Of a stretch of DNA of 13,986 bases, positions 1 to 8,722 are shown piece after piece. Every line of letters starts with the position of its first letter. Position 1 is the stretch's first letter. The stretch is from a virus: UHGV virus genome UHGV-0373582. The stretch is one strand, 5' to 3'. The translations under genes and the position numbers were made by a program. The notes beneath the pieces are model-generated. The model ran no database searches, had not been told where the DNA came from, and saw nothing but the letters and a program-made list of their open reading frames with translations.

Positions 1-113
1 TAGGCAGACATGATATAGAAAATAATTTGGAGAATAAAATGGAAAATTTGCCAAAGGTGCTGCTACTCTTCTGAAACGCATCGCTCCAATGTTCAATTAA
101 CGAGGAAATTGTA

Positions 114-329
114 ATGAAACGTAAAATTGTTCAGAACTGCACTAATGACGAATTTGAAGATGTGTTATTCGATCCAGATTTGGTAGTAGTTCAAAAGGAA
201 CACACTGCTAAGTTTACTCACTTGACTTCGGTTTATGTGTATGAAAAGGTTGGGGATAAACAACCAATTTACGGTGTATTTCGTGAAATCACTGAAGATG
301 GTACAACTTACTGGAAGGAAATTTATTAA
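114..329 (+). CDS. hypothetical small early protein (71 aa)
   Basis: ATG preceded by GAGG RBS (cgaggaaattgtaATG); stop overlaps next start (TAATG at 327-331). No recognisable motif. Confidence 0.5.
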   Translation: MKRKIVQNCTNDEFEDVLFDPDLVVVQKEHTAKFTHLTSVYVYEKVGDKQPIYGVFREITEDGTTYWKEIY

Positions 330-742
330 TGGCTATTAAATTTGAAGTTAATAAATGGTATCAATTTAAAAATAAACAAGCTCAAGAAAATTTTATTAAA
401 GACCATACTGATAACGGAATCTATGCACGCCGTTTAGGTATGCATCCTTTTAAAATTTTAGATGTGGATGCTCTTGGGCGTCCTATTAAAATTATGTCAT
501 TTGCTGGAAATTTAGTACTATCTTCTGGTAAAGATATTTTGGATGAAGATTTTATTTGGCTTTCATCGAATGAAGCTGAATTCTTTAATGAAGTTGAAAA
601 TCCATACCAGGCAGCTGAAGAGCAGGAAGAATCTGCACCGATAACTGATCAATCTAAATTCCCTGTAATGAAAGTTACTATTGAAAATGATGAACAGGCA
701 TGGTCCTTGTATCAGATGTTGAAAGCTCACTTTAAGGAATAA
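329..742 (+). CDS. hypothetical protein (137 aa), acidic C-terminal half
   Basis: Start overlaps upstream stop (TAATG), suggesting translational coupling; uninterrupted ORF. By position it could correspond to one of the T4 genes upstream of gene 39, but I do not recognise the sequence. Confidence 0.5.
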   Translation: MAIKFEVNKWYQFKNKQAQENFIKDHTDNGIYARRLGMHPFKILDVDALGRPIKIMSFAGNLVLSSGKDILDEDFIWLSSNEAEFFNEVENPYQAAEEQEESAPITDQSKFPVMKVTIENDEQAWSLYQMLKAHFKE

Positions 743-744
743 TT

Positions 745-921
745 ATGCCGCTTTATGATTATAAATGTCAATCAAAAGACTGCGCAAAAGAATACGAAAA
801 AATCAAGAAAATTTCTGAAAGAGATACTGATGTATGTCCTGATTGTCATCGGATTGCTATTCGGTTAGTTTCCGCTCCTAAGCATGTGAATGGTGGATTT
901 TACGACTTACTTAAAGGGTGA
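745..921 (+). CDS. small zinc-ribbon protein (58 aa), FmdB-like CxxxxC...CxxC
   Basis: AAGGA RBS 6 nt upstream of ATG 745; translation MPLYDYKCQSKDCAKEY...CPDCHRIA has two Cys pairs with the spacing typical of FmdB-family zinc ribbons. Below the 60-aa cutoff of the ORF track. Confidence 0.5.
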   Translation: MPLYDYKCQSKDCAKEYEKIKKISERDTDVCPDCHRIAIRLVSAPKHVNGGFYDLLKG

Positions 922-923
922 TT

Positions 924-1295
924 ATGTTTAAAATCGGTAAGAAATATCGTATTCGCGAAGGTGAAGAAAAGAAATATCTATTTTCTGCTATTTATAGGAA
1001 TGGTTCTATTAATGCTGTAATATCTACAAGCGAATTTATCATTGAAGATATGAAAGGTCATAATGTTACGATGATTAGTACAGCATCTGGAAATGACGGA
1101 AAAATTCTTCACAGTATGCAGAGTAATGTTCTAATTTATGATGAAGAATTTGACTTCTTCGAAGAAGTTCCCGAAGATTTTGATTTTGAATGCACTATCA
1201 CTATGAAATCTGGTGACCCTCTTTCATTTACGGTTAAAGATGAAAGAAGTCGCTTGAGAATTATTAGTCTCCTTCAAGCCATTAAATTTAAGTGA
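924..1295 (+). CDS. hypothetical protein (123 aa)
   Basis: ATG at 924 lies 3 nt after the upstream TGA (919-921); the ORF track's 918 start is a GTG in the same frame. No recognisable motif. Confidence 0.5.
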   Translation: MFKIGKKYRIREGEEKKYLFSAIYRNGSINAVISTSEFIIEDMKGHNVTMISTASGNDGKILHSMQSNVLIYDEEFDFFEEVPEDFDFECTITMKSGDPLSFTVKDERSRLRIISLLQAIKFK

Positions 1296-1300
1296 AAACT

Positions 1301-1561
1301 ATGAAATATATTAATCGTTCTATCGCAGCATTAGTATTAGCAGTGTCTTTAGCAGGATGTACTGATGCTGATAATGCAACCAAAGTTTTGTCTTCAAGTG
1401 GTTTTACTAATATTGAAATCACTGGATACAACTGGTTCGGTTGCTCTGAAAATGATTTTCAACATACTGGATTTCGTGCTATTGGACCTACCGGGCAGAA
1501 AGTAGAAGGAACTGTATGTTCTGGTCTATTCTTCAAGGATTCGACTATCCGTTTTAAATAA
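1301..1561 (+). CDS. putative lipoprotein (86 aa) with signal peptide and LAGC lipobox
   Basis: N-terminus MKYINRSIAALVLAVSLAGC has a basic n-region, hydrophobic core and a lipobox cysteine. The start could instead be GTG 1292. A UUCG hairpin follows the stop. Confidence 0.5.
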   Translation: MKYINRSIAALVLAVSLAGCTDADNATKVLSSSGFTNIEITGYNWFGCSENDFQHTGFRAIGPTGQKVEGTVCSGLFFKDSTIRFK

Positions 1562-1578
1562 AAGGCCTTCGGGCCTTT
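1561..1578 (+). other. UUCG-tetraloop hairpin after the lipoprotein ORF (AAAGGCC-ttcg-GGCCTTT)
   Basis: Perfect 7-bp stem with TTCG loop at the lipoprotein-ORF stop; no T-run follows and it abuts the candidate middle promoter. Confidence 0.5.
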
Positions 1579-1603
1579 AGCTTTATGATTACCGGAGTAT
1601 AAT
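1579..1603 (+). promoter_or_regulatory. candidate MotA-dependent middle promoter for gene 39
   Basis: AGCTTTA (one mismatch to the MotA-box core TGCTTtA) at 1579-1585, 12-nt spacer, then perfect TATAAT at 1598-1603, about 28 nt upstream of the gene 39 ATG. Confidence 0.4.
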
Positions 1604-1630
1604 ATTCCCGAAACCAAACGAGGATAAGTG

Positions 1631-3448
1631 ATGATTAAGAATGAAATTAAAATTCTGAGCGATATTGAACATATCAAAAAGCGTAGCGGCATGTACATTG
1701 GCTCTTCCGCTAATGAAATGCATGAGCGCTTTCTGTTTGGTAAATGGGAAAGTGTTCAGTATGTACCTGGTCTTGTTAAGCTTATTGATGAAATTATCGA
1801 TAACTCGGTAGATGAAGGTATTCGTACTAAGTTTAAATTCGCGAATAAAATTAATGTTACTATCAAAAACAATCAAGTAACAGTTGAAGATAATGGTCGT
1901 GGTATTCCACAAGCGATGGTTAAAACACCTACTGGTGAAGAAATTCCTGGTCCTGTTGCCGCTTGGACTATTCCAAAAGCAGGTGGTAACTTTGGTGATG
2001 ACAAAGAACGCGTCACTGGTGGTATGAACGGTGTTGGTTCTAGTTTAACTAACATTTTTTCTGTGATGTTTGTCGGTGAAACTGGCGACGGTCAAAATAA
2101 TATTGTAGTTCGTTGTTCAAATGGCATGGAAAATAAATCATGGGAAGATATTCCTGGAAAATGGAAAGGAACACGTGTTACTTTCATTCCTGATTTTATG
2201 TCATTTGAAACTAATGAGCTATCTCAGGTTTATCTTGACATTACACTGGATCGTCTCCAGACACTTGCAGTAGTTTATCCTGATATTCAATTTACCTTTA
2301 ATGGTAAAAAGGTTCAGGGCAATTTTAAGAAATACGCACGCCAATATGATGAGCACGCTATCGTTCAAGAACAAGAAAATTGTTCTATTGCGGTTGGTCG
2401 TTCACCGGATGGTTTTCGTCAATTAACATACGTCAATAACATTCATACTAAGAATGGTGGCCATCACATTGACTGCGTTATGGATGATATTTGTGAAGAC
2501 CTTATTCCACAAATCAAACGTAAGTTCAAAATTGATGTAACTAAAGCACGTGTTAAAGAATGTTTGACTATCGTTATGTTTGTTCGTGATATGAAAAACA
2601 TGCGATTTGATTCTCAGACTAAAGAGCGTTTGACTTCTCCATTTGGTGAAATTCGTAGTCATATTCAGCTTGATGCTAAAAAGATTTCACGTGCTATTTT
2701 AAATAATGAAGCAATTTTAATGCCAATTATTGAAGCTGCCTTGGCTCGTAAATTGGCAGCAGAAAAAGCAGCAGAAACTAAAGCAGCTAAAAAGGCTTCT
2801 AAAGCTAAGGTTCATAAACATATTAAAGCGAATCTTTGTGGTAAAGATGCTGACACTACTCTTTTCTTGACTGAGGGTGATTCGGCTATCGGATATCTTA
2901 TTGATGTTCGTGATAAAGAACTTCATGGTGGTTATCCATTGCGCGGTAAAGTTCTCAACAGTTGGGGCATGTCATATGCTGATATGCTTAAAAACAAAGA
3001 ACTGTTTGATATTTGCGCAATCACTGGATTAGTTCTTGGTGAAAAAGCCGAAAACTTGAATTATCATAATATTGCAATTATGACCGATGCCGACCATGAT
3101 GGTCTAGGAAGCATTTATCCTTCTCTGCTCGGATTTTTTAGTAATTGGCCAGAACTGTTTGAACAAGGAAGAATTCGTTTTGTCAAAACTCCTGTAATCA
3201 TCGCTCAGGTCGGTAAAAAACAAGAATGGTTTTATACAGTCGCTGAATATGAGAGTGCCAAAGATGCTCTACCTAAACATAGCATCCGTTATATTAAGGG
3301 ACTTGGCTCTTTAGAAAAATCTGAATATCGTGAGATGATTCAAAACCCAGTATATGATGTTGTTAAACTTCCTGAGAACTGGAAAGAGCTTTTTGAAATG
3401 CTCATGGGAGATAATGCTGACCTTCGTAAAGAATGGATGAGCCAATAG
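1631..3448 (+). CDS. 39: DNA topoisomerase II large subunit, GyrB-like, fused gp39+gp60 form (605 aa)
   Basis: GAGGA RBS 6 nt upstream of ATG 1631. Translation carries GHKL ATPase motifs (EDNGRGIP, GGMNGVGSS) and TOPRIM motifs (LTEGDSA, MTDADHDG). One continuous ORF spans both the ATPase and the TOPRIM/C-terminal part that T4 encodes separately as gene 60. Confidence 0.9.
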   Translation: MIKNEIKILSDIEHIKKRSGMYIGSSANEMHERFLFGKWESVQYVPGLVKLIDEIIDNSVDEGIRTKFKFANKINVTIKNNQVTVEDNGRGIPQAMVKTPTGEEIPGPVAAWTIPKAGGNFGDDKERVTGGMNGVGSSLTNIFSVMFVGETGDGQNNIVVRCSNGMENKSWEDIPGKWKGTRVTFIPDFMSFETNELSQVYLDITLDRLQTLAVVYPDIQFTFNGKKVQGNFKKYARQYDEHAIVQEQENCSIAVGRSPDGFRQLTYVNNIHTKNGGHHIDCVMDDICEDLIPQIKRKFKIDVTKARVKECLTIVMFVRDMKNMRFDSQTKERLTSPFGEIRSHIQLDAKKISRAILNNEAILMPIIEAALARKLAAEKAAETKAAKKASKAKVHKHIKANLCGKDADTTLFLTEGDSAIGYLIDVRDKELHGGYPLRGKVLNSWGMSYADMLKNKELFDICAITGLVLGEKAENLNYHNIAIMTDADHDGLGSIYPSLLGFFSNWPELFEQGRIRFVKTPVIIAQVGKKQEWFYTVAEYESAKDALPKHSIRYIKGLGSLEKSEYREMIQNPVYDVVKLPENWKELFEMLMGDNADLRKEWMSQ

Positions 3449-3477
3449 TTTACTTTACCACAAGGATGTGGTATAAT
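3448..3477 (+). promoter_or_regulatory. T-even early promoter (GTTTAC -35 region, extended -10 TGgTATAAT)
   Basis: GTTTAC at 3448-3453 (overlapping the gene 39 stop), about 17 nt spacer, TGgTATAAT ending at 3477; 25 nt upstream of the rIIA.1 ATG. Same architecture as four other copies in the window. Confidence 0.65.
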
Positions 3478-3502
3478 TAATTGGGCAAATGAGGATATTG
3501 AA

Positions 3503-3706
3503 ATGAAATCATACAGAGTAAATTTAGAACTTTTTGATAAAGCAGTTCATCGAGAATATAGAATCATTCAACGCTTTTTCGATATGGGAGAAGCCGAAGA
3601 GTTTAAAAACCGCTTTAAGGATATTAGAGATAAAATTCAATCCGACACCGCAACTAAAGATGAACTACTAGAAGTTGCTGAAGTTATTAAACGCAATATG
3701 AATTAA
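3503..3706 (+). CDS. rIIA.1: small early protein (67 aa) at the rIIA.1 position
   Basis: GAGGA RBS upstream; sits between gene 39 and rIIA as rIIA.1 does in T4. Assignment is positional, not by recognised sequence. Confidence 0.5.
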   Translation: MKSYRVNLELFDKAVHREYRIIQRFFDMGEAEEFKNRFKDIRDKIQSDTATKDELLEVAEVIKRNMN

Positions 3707-3716
3707 TGAGGAAATT

Positions 3717-5894
3717 ATGATTATCACCACTGAAAAAGAAACAATTCTTGGTAATGGTTCTAAATCAAAAGCATTTAGCATCACAGCATCTCCTAAAGTA
3801 TTTAAAATTCTGTCATCTGATTTGTATACAAACAAGATTCGCGCAGTAGTCCGTGAATTGATTACCAACATGATTGATGCCCATGCTCTCAATGGAAATC
3901 CTGAAAAATTTATCATTCAAGTTCCAGGACGATTAGATCCGCGATTTGTTTGCCGAGATTTTGGTCCGGGTATGAGCGATTTTGATATTCAAGGTGATGA
4001 TAATTCTCCTGGGTTGTATAATTCATACTTTAGTTCATCTAAGGCTGAATCTAACGATTTCATTGGTGGATTTGGTTTAGGTTCTAAATCTCCGTTTAGT
4101 TATACTGATACATTTAGTATTACTTCATATCATAAAGGCGAAATTCGTGGTTATGTAGCTTACATGGATGGCGATGGTCCACAAATTAAACCTACATTTG
4201 TAAAAGAAATGGGTCCAGATGATAAAACTGGTATTGAAATCGTAGTTCCAGTTGAAGAAAAAGACTTTAGAAACTTTGCTTATGAAGTTTCTTATATCAT
4301 GCGACCATTCAAAGATTTAGCTATCATTAATGGTCTTGACCGCGAAATTGATTATTTTCCGGATTTTGATGACTATTACGGCGTAAATCCAGAAAGATAC
4401 TGGCCAGATCGTGGTGGATTGTATGCTATCTATGGTGGTATTGTTTATCCTATCGATGGTGTTATTAGAGACCGTAACTGGTTAAGCATCCGCAATGAAG
4501 TGAATTACATTAAGTTTCCAATGGGTTCACTTGATATTGCTCCATCACGCGAAGCTCTTTCACTAGATGATCGTACCCGTAAAAATATTATTGAGCGTGT
4601 TAAAGAGCTTAGTGAGAAGGCATTCAATGAAGATGTAAAACGATTTAAAGAATCTACATCTCCTCGTCATACATACCGTGAATTGATGAAGATGGGATAT
4701 TCTGCTCGAGATTATATGATTAGTAATTCAGTCAAATTTACGACTAAAAATCTGTCATATAAGAAGATGCAAAGCATGTTTGAACCTGACAGTAAGTTAT
4801 GCAATGCAGGAGTTGTGTATGAAGTAAATCTTGACCCTCGACTGAAACGCATTAAGCAAAGTCATGAAACTTCAGCCGTTGCATCAAGTTATCGTCTGTT
4901 TGGTATTGATACAACAAAAATTAATATTGTTATTGATAATATTAAAAATCGTGTTAATATTGTCCGTGGATTAGCGCATGCGTTAGATGATAAAGAATTT
5001 AACAACACTTTGAATATTCATCATAATGAGCGTCTTCTGTTTATTAATCCGGAAGTAGAATCGCAGATTGATTTACTTCCTGATATTATGGCAATGTTTG
5101 AAAGTGATGAAGTTAACATTCATTATTTGTCAGAAATTGAAGCTTTAGTTAAAAGCTATATTCCAAAGGTAGTTAAAAGTAAAGCTCCTCGTCCTAAAGC
5201 TGCTACAGCATTTAAGTTTGAAATTAAAGACGGGCGCTGGGAAAAAGAGGAATTATTTACGCTCACATCAGAAGCAGATGAAATTACTGGGTATGTAGCG
5301 TATATGCATCGTTCTGATATTTTCTCTATGGATGGTACTACATCGCTTTGTCATCCATCTACGAGTATTTTGACTCGTATGGCTAATCTTATTGGCATTA
5401 ATGAATTTTATGTTATTCGTCCGCTTTTGCAGAAAAAGGTAAAAGAACTTGGTCAGTGCCAATGTATTTTTGAAACTCTGCGTGATTTATATGTAGATGC
5501 TTTTGATGCTGTAGATTATGATAAGTATGTAGGTTATTCAAGTTCAGCTAAACGATATATTGATAAAATTATCAAGTATCCTGAGTTAGATTTTATGATG
5601 AAGTACTTCAGTGTAGATGAAGTTTCTGAAGAATATACTCGCCTTGGTAATATGGTTAGTTCATTGCAGGGTATATATTTCAACGGTGGAAAAGGTACCA
5701 TCGGCCATGACATCTGGACAGTAACTAATCTTTTTGATGTATTGTCAAATAATGCTTCAAAAAATAGTGATAAAATGGTTGCTGAGTTTACCAAGAAATT
5801 CCGTATTGTTTCCGACTTCATCGGTTATCGCAACTCTTTAAGTGATGATGAAGTTTCCCAAATCGCTAAAACTATGAAGGCCCTTGCGGCCTAA
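3717..5894 (+). CDS. rIIA: rIIA protein (725 aa), GHKL-type ATPase-like N-terminal domain
   Basis: GAGGA RBS (taatgaggaaattATG). Length matches T4 rIIA. N-terminus has GHKL-like boxes ([27 protein letters not shown]). Immediately followed by rIIB. Confidence 0.88.
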   Translation: MIITTEKETILGNGSKSKAFSITASPKVFKILSSDLYTNKIRAVVRELITNMIDAHALNGNPEKFIIQVPGRLDPRFVCRDFGPGMSDFDIQGDDNSPGLYNSYFSSSKAESNDFIGGFGLGSKSPFSYTDTFSITSYHKGEIRGYVAYMDGDGPQIKPTFVKEMGPDDKTGIEIVVPVEEKDFRNFAYEVSYIMRPFKDLAIINGLDREIDYFPDFDDYYGVNPERYWPDRGGLYAIYGGIVYPIDGVIRDRNWLSIRNEVNYIKFPMGSLDIAPSREALSLDDRTRKNIIERVKELSEKAFNEDVKRFKESTSPRHTYRELMKMGYSARDYMISNSVKFTTKNLSYKKMQSMFEPDSKLCNAGVVYEVNLDPRLKRIKQSHETSAVASSYRLFGIDTTKINIVIDNIKNRVNIVRGLAHALDDKEFNNTLNIHHNERLLFINPEVESQIDLLPDIMAMFESDEVNIHYLSEIEALVKSYIPKVVKSKAPRPKAATAFKFEIKDGRWEKEELFTLTSEADEITGYVAYMHRSDIFSMDGTTSLCHPSTSILTRMANLIGINEFYVIRPLLQKKVKELGQCQCIFETLRDLYVDAFDAVDYDKYVGYSSSAKRYIDKIIKYPELDFMMKYFSVDEVSEEYTRLGNMVSSLQGIYFNGGKGTIGHDIWTVTNLFDVLSNNASKNSDKMVAEFTKKFRIVSDFIGYRNSLSDDEVSQIAKTMKALAA
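5498..5522 (+). promoter_or_regulatory. candidate MotA-box middle promoter inside the 3' end of rIIA (could serve rIIB)
   Basis: TGCTTTT at 5498-5504, 12-nt spacer, TATGAT at 5517-5522, about 385 nt upstream of the rIIB ATG. Could be a chance match within coding sequence. Confidence 0.25.
5878..5892 (+). other. short GC hairpin at the rIIA stop (AGGCC-cttgc-GGCCT)
   Basis: Inverted repeat AGGCC / GGCCT with a 5-nt loop, overlapping the last rIIA codons and followed by the AAGGA RBS of rIIB. Confidence 0.35.
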
Positions 5895-5905
5895 TAAGGA
5901 AAATT

Positions 5906-6844
5906 ATGTACAATATTAAATGCCTGACCAAAAACGAACAAGCTGAAATTGTCAAACTGTATTCAAGTGGTAATTACACCCAACAGGAATTGGCTGATTG
6001 GCAAGGTGTATCGGTTGACACAATCCGTCGTGTTTTGAAAAATGCTGAAGAAGCTAAACGTCCTAAAGTTACTATTAGCGGTGACATTACGGTTAAAGTT
6101 AATAGCGATATAGCTATTGCTCCAGTTGCTAAATCTGACATTATTTGGAATGCATCTAAAAAATTCATTTCAATTACTGTTGACGGTGTAACTTATAACG
6201 CAACTCCTAATACTCATTCAAACTTCCAGGAAATTCTTAATCTGCTTGTTACAGATAAATTGGAAGAAGCGGCGCAAAAAATTAACGTTCGTCGCGCTGT
6301 TGAAAAATATATTTCCGGTGATGTTCGAATTGAAGGTGGAAGCTTGTTCTATCAAAATATTGAATTGCGGTCTGGTTTAGTTGATCGTATTCTCGATTCG
6401 ATGGAAAAAGGCGAAAACTTTGAATTTTATTTTCCGTTCTTGGAAAATCTGTTGGAAAACCCAAGCCAAAAAGCGGTATCTCGACTCTTTGATTTCTTGG
6501 TAGCAAACGATATTGAAATCACAGAAGATGGTTACTTCTATGCTTGGAAAGTAGTTCGCAGTAATTACTTTGATTGTCATTCAAATACTTTTGATAACAG
6601 TCCTGGTAAAGTAGTTAAAATGCCACGTACTCGTGTGAATGACGATGATACACAAACTTGTTCTCGTGGTCTGCATGTGTGTTCTAAATCTTATATTCGT
6701 CACTTTGGCAGTTCAACCAGCCGAGTTGTAAAAGTTAAAGTACATCCTCGCGATGTAGTATCAATTCCGATTGATTACAATGATGCTAAAATGCGTACCT
6801 GCCAATACGAAGTAGTTGAAGACGTTACTGAACAATTTAAATAA
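5906..6844 (+). CDS. rIIB: rIIB protein (312 aa)
   Basis: AAGGA RBS; length matches T4 rIIB; directly downstream of rIIA in the canonical rII arrangement; N-terminal HTH-like stretch QELADWQGVSVDTIRRVL. Confidence 0.85.
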   Translation: MYNIKCLTKNEQAEIVKLYSSGNYTQQELADWQGVSVDTIRRVLKNAEEAKRPKVTISGDITVKVNSDIAIAPVAKSDIIWNASKKFISITVDGVTYNATPNTHSNFQEILNLLVTDKLEEAAQKINVRRAVEKYISGDVRIEGGSLFYQNIELRSGLVDRILDSMEKGENFEFYFPFLENLLENPSQKAVSRLFDFLVANDIEITEDGYFYAWKVVRSNYFDCHSNTFDNSPGKVVKMPRTRVNDDDTQTCSRGLHVCSKSYIRHFGSSTSRVVKVKVHPRDVVSIPIDYNDAKMRTCQYEVVEDVTEQFK

Positions 6845-6858
6845 GGGCTTCGGCCCTT
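6843..6858 (+). other. UUCG-tetraloop hairpin at the rIIB stop (AAGGGC-ttcg-GCCCTT)
   Basis: Perfect 6-bp stem with TTCG loop overlapping the rIIB TAA; no T-run follows, so more likely an RNA stability or processing element than a terminator. Confidence 0.5.
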
Positions 6859-6872
6859 AACTAAGGAAAATT

Positions 6873-7067
6873 ATGCTAGGTTATCAAGCACGAGTAAAAG
6901 AAGAATACGATCAATTAATGCTCAAAATTAATGCACTGAGCAAATTTTTAGAAAGCACAAAGTTTCTAACGATTAATGAAGTTGAGCAAGAATTACTGCT
7001 TTCACAGTTCATCTCAATGAAATCTTACGCAGATTGTTTAGAAAAAAGAATTGCACAATTCAAATAA
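6873..7067 (+). CDS. hypothetical protein (64 aa), predicted helical
   Basis: AAGGA RBS 6 nt upstream; bracketed by the rIIB-end hairpin and a terminator-like hairpin. Confidence 0.45.
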   Translation: MLGYQARVKEEYDQLMLKINALSKFLESTKFLTINEVEQELLLSQFISMKSYADCLEKRIAQFK

Positions 7068-7070
7068 AAT

Positions 7071-7094
7071 AAGGGGCTTCGGCCCTTTTGTTTT
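7071..7094 (+). terminator. candidate intrinsic terminator (GGGGC-ttcg-GCCC stem followed by TTTTGTTTT)
   Basis: GC-rich stem with UUCG loop (7073-7086) followed directly by a T-rich tract, 4 nt after the stop of the 64-aa ORF. Confidence 0.55.
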
Positions 7095-7104
7095 AAGGTA
7101 AATT

Positions 7105-7434
7105 ATGATTTATTGTATGAATATCGGTGACACCGACATAAAAGAAATTTCTCTACATGGTAATCATTACGTTAATATTGTGTACTGCAATAAATTCGAG
7201 TTTGGGCATGAAAAACTTGGAGTTCTTTACTGCAATGATGTTATAGTCATGGACAAAAAGAATCTCGATGAACTTGATCGTAATTCTTTAGATGAAAATG
7301 ATCGAATTTACTATGGTACTCTTAAAGTGTATAACGCTTATCTTAGTGGTAAAAAGGAAAGTTTAAATGCAGAAAACGAATCCTGGGTTACAGAGACTAT
7401 TTCAGATTCCGTCATTTACCCTATCGAACAGTGA
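7105..7434 (+). CDS. hypothetical protein (109 aa)
   Basis: ATG 7105 with AAGG upstream; uninterrupted ORF. Its 3' end overlaps the next ORF by 68 nt in another frame. Confidence 0.4.
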   Translation: MIYCMNIGDTDIKEISLHGNHYVNIVYCNKFEFGHEKLGVLYCNDVIVMDKKNLDELDRNSLDENDRIYYGTLKVYNAYLSGKKESLNAENESWVTETISDSVIYPIEQ

Positions 7435-7924
7435 CTTGACTAGTGAAATGAAGGTCAAAATTGCTGATACTGCAAGATACTCTTTAAAACAAAACCCGAA
7501 CCAGGATAAAGCAGAAGTTATCGAAAGATGCCGTATCGCTGTGTACGCAGAGTTTTTTGTGGCAGATTGGCTAAGCGGATATGTCAATAAAGGCCAAGAA
7601 GATGTCGATGATCCGTACACATATGCATGGGATGTATTGGCGCATCCAAAATACTGCGGGCTTCGTGTAGAAGTTAAGACACACCAAACTGACTCACGTT
7701 GGATTTCTGTAACAACAGGATGCAGCGGAGAGTATCCATACGGTTCTGGAATAAATCTAGGGCCCATTCTAAATCATCAAGTCGCTGACTGTATAATTAT
7801 ATTCAACACTAAAGAAATTCATCCAGGTGTCATCCAATACACTCCGAAGTTCATCGGTGACAGAGAAGACCTTCGTAAGGTTGTAAGAAAAAGCAACTAC
7901 AATGGATGGTATCTTTCCATTTAA
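7367..7924 (+). CDS. denB: probable endonuclease IV (DenB-like), 185 aa
   Basis: Good RBS (aaaaggaaagtttaaATG). The 185-aa length and the position between rIIB and ndd match T4 denB. I do not recognise the sequence itself, so this is a positional and length call. An alternative in-frame start is ATG 7448. Confidence 0.5.
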   Translation: MQKTNPGLQRLFQIPSFTLSNSDLTSEMKVKIADTARYSLKQNPNQDKAEVIERCRIAVYAEFFVADWLSGYVNKGQEDVDDPYTYAWDVLAHPKYCGLRVEVKTHQTDSRWISVTTGCSGEYPYGSGINLGPILNHQVADCIIIFNTKEIHPGVIQYTPKFIGDREDLRKVVRKSNYNGWYLSI

Positions 7925-7940
7925 AAATTTTCACAAAACG

Positions 7941-7970
7941 GTTTACATACCACAAGGACTGTGGTACTAT
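7941..7970 (+). promoter_or_regulatory. T-even early promoter (GTTTAC ... TGgTACTAT)
   Basis: GTTTAC at 7941-7946, about 17 nt spacer, TGgTACTAT ending at 7970, followed by the conserved leader ACAACTATCAAC; upstream of the ORF starting at 8005. Confidence 0.65.
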
Positions 7971-8004
7971 ACAACTATCAACTGATATGGATTTGGAGAA
8001 TAAA

Positions 8005-8211
8005 ATGTTTACTACAGCTGAATTAAAACGAGCAAAAGCTAAGAAAGGGCAAGGAAAATATAAAGCTGAATTAGTTAAAGAACTTCAGTTTGCTGAGGCT
8101 GAATTGAATTCAATGATTATTCAAAATGCTCCAGAAACTGAAATTGCTCTTAAACGTATTGCGAATAAGTGTCTTCGTGATGCAATCGTCGATCTTTTAG
8201 CAGATTATTGA
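8005..8211 (+). CDS. hypothetical protein (68 aa), helical and Lys/Glu-rich
   Basis: ATG 8005 with GGAGA RBS 5 nt upstream, downstream of the early promoter. The ORF-track start 7906 would run through the promoter and is rejected. Confidence 0.45.
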   Translation: MFTTAELKRAKAKKGQGKYKAELVKELQFAEAELNSMIIQNAPETEIALKRIANKCLRDAIVDLLADY

Positions 8212-8216
8212 GTAAA

Positions 8217-8480
8217 ATGAAATTTAAATTTTATTACGCTAAACATAAAATAACTGATGAGTTTGTGTCAGTTGAATATTCTAGCGATGATGAAGGTATG
8301 ATTTATACTCGCTTGGGATTATCGCATTGGGAGTCTGATACGCCTTATTTTTCAACTCCCGAAGAAATTACACGCTTAGTTAACGGTCATATGAATGACC
8401 ACTGGTGTGTAATTCTTTCAGATAGTCTTAAAGCGGCTATTAATAGTAATGAAATGAAAATCGCTGAGATTGAACTATGA
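8217..8480 (+). CDS. hypothetical protein (87 aa)
   Basis: First ATG after the upstream stop; the track's 8208 start is a TTG. Weak RBS. Confidence 0.4.
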   Translation: MKFKFYYAKHKITDEFVSVEYSSDDEGMIYTRLGLSHWESDTPYFSTPEEITRLVNGHMNDHWCVILSDSLKAAINSNEMKIAEIEL

Positions 8481-8563
8481 GTTCATTGTGGTGGTGTTTT
8501 GTTTGGTTAATTAGTATTCCATTAATTTGTTTAACATTTACTTTTGTAATGAGGTTATTATGA
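8477..8563 (+). CDS. possible tiny hydrophobic peptide (28 aa)
   Basis: ATGA overlap with the upstream stop (ATG 8477 / TGA 8478-8480) and with the next start (ATG 8560 / TGA 8561-8563). Translation MSSLWWCFVWLISIPLICLTFTFVMRLL is strongly hydrophobic. Very short; could be non-coding. Confidence 0.2.
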   Translation: MSSLWWCFVWLISIPLICLTFTFVMRLL

Positions 8564-8658
8564 AAATTTTGAATTCTGTACTTATTGCTTGTGCATGGTG
8601 GGTTGCGCAAGTTTCGGCAGTGGTGATTGGTATTCACATTTATTACGAATATTTTTAA
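8560..8658 (+). CDS. possible small membrane peptide (32 aa)
   Basis: GAGG RBS (gaggttattATG); translation MKILNSVLIACAWWVAQVSAVVIGIHIYYEYF is a single predicted TM helix. Confidence 0.3.
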   Translation: MKILNSVLIACAWWVAQVSAVVIGIHIYYEYF

Positions 8659-8664
8659 AAAGTT

Positions 8665-8694
8665 GTTTACAAGACTGTTCCTCTGTGGTACTAT
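8665..8694 (+). promoter_or_regulatory. T-even early promoter (GTTTAC ... TGgTACTAT)
   Basis: GTTTAC at 8665-8670 and TGgTACTAT ending at 8694, followed by the same ACAACTATCAAC leader as the 7941 copy. Confidence 0.65.
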
Positions 8695-8722
8695 ACAACT
8701 ATCAACTACGGAGGAACAGAAA

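Noticed and set aside
39-74. 11-codon ORF (MENLPKVLLLF) at the window start, after a leader resembling the early-promoter leader at 7976-8007
   Set aside because: Too short to call as a gene and the upstream context is cut off by the window edge; noted only as evidence of a probable early promoter just outside the window.
1589-1912. Minus-strand ORF of 107 aa overlapping the start of gene 39, one of about 25 minus-strand ORFs in the track (others include 7402-7767, 10566-10916, 11823-12170)
   Set aside because: All lie antisense to well-supported + strand genes, lack convincing RBSs, and are typical AT-rich-genome artefacts; the whole locus is co-directional, as in T-even early regions.
2987-3011. 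TGCTTAA motif inside gene 39 as a possible MotA box
   Set aside because: No acceptable -10 element at the required 11-13 nt spacing; likely a chance occurrence in coding sequence.
2900-3448. Looked for a gene-60-type translational bypass or a gene 39/60 split with an inserted homing-endonuclease gene
   Set aside because: The reading frame is continuous through the region corresponding to gene 60; no in-frame stop plus hairpin take-off site and no inserted ORF.
7906-8211. Longer 5' extensions of ORFs offered by the track (7906, 8627, 9385, 8823, 1628, 918, 1292, 8208)
   Set aside because: The extensions run through promoter elements or begin at GTG/TTG without an RBS; internal ATG codons with good Shine-Dalgarno spacing are preferred.
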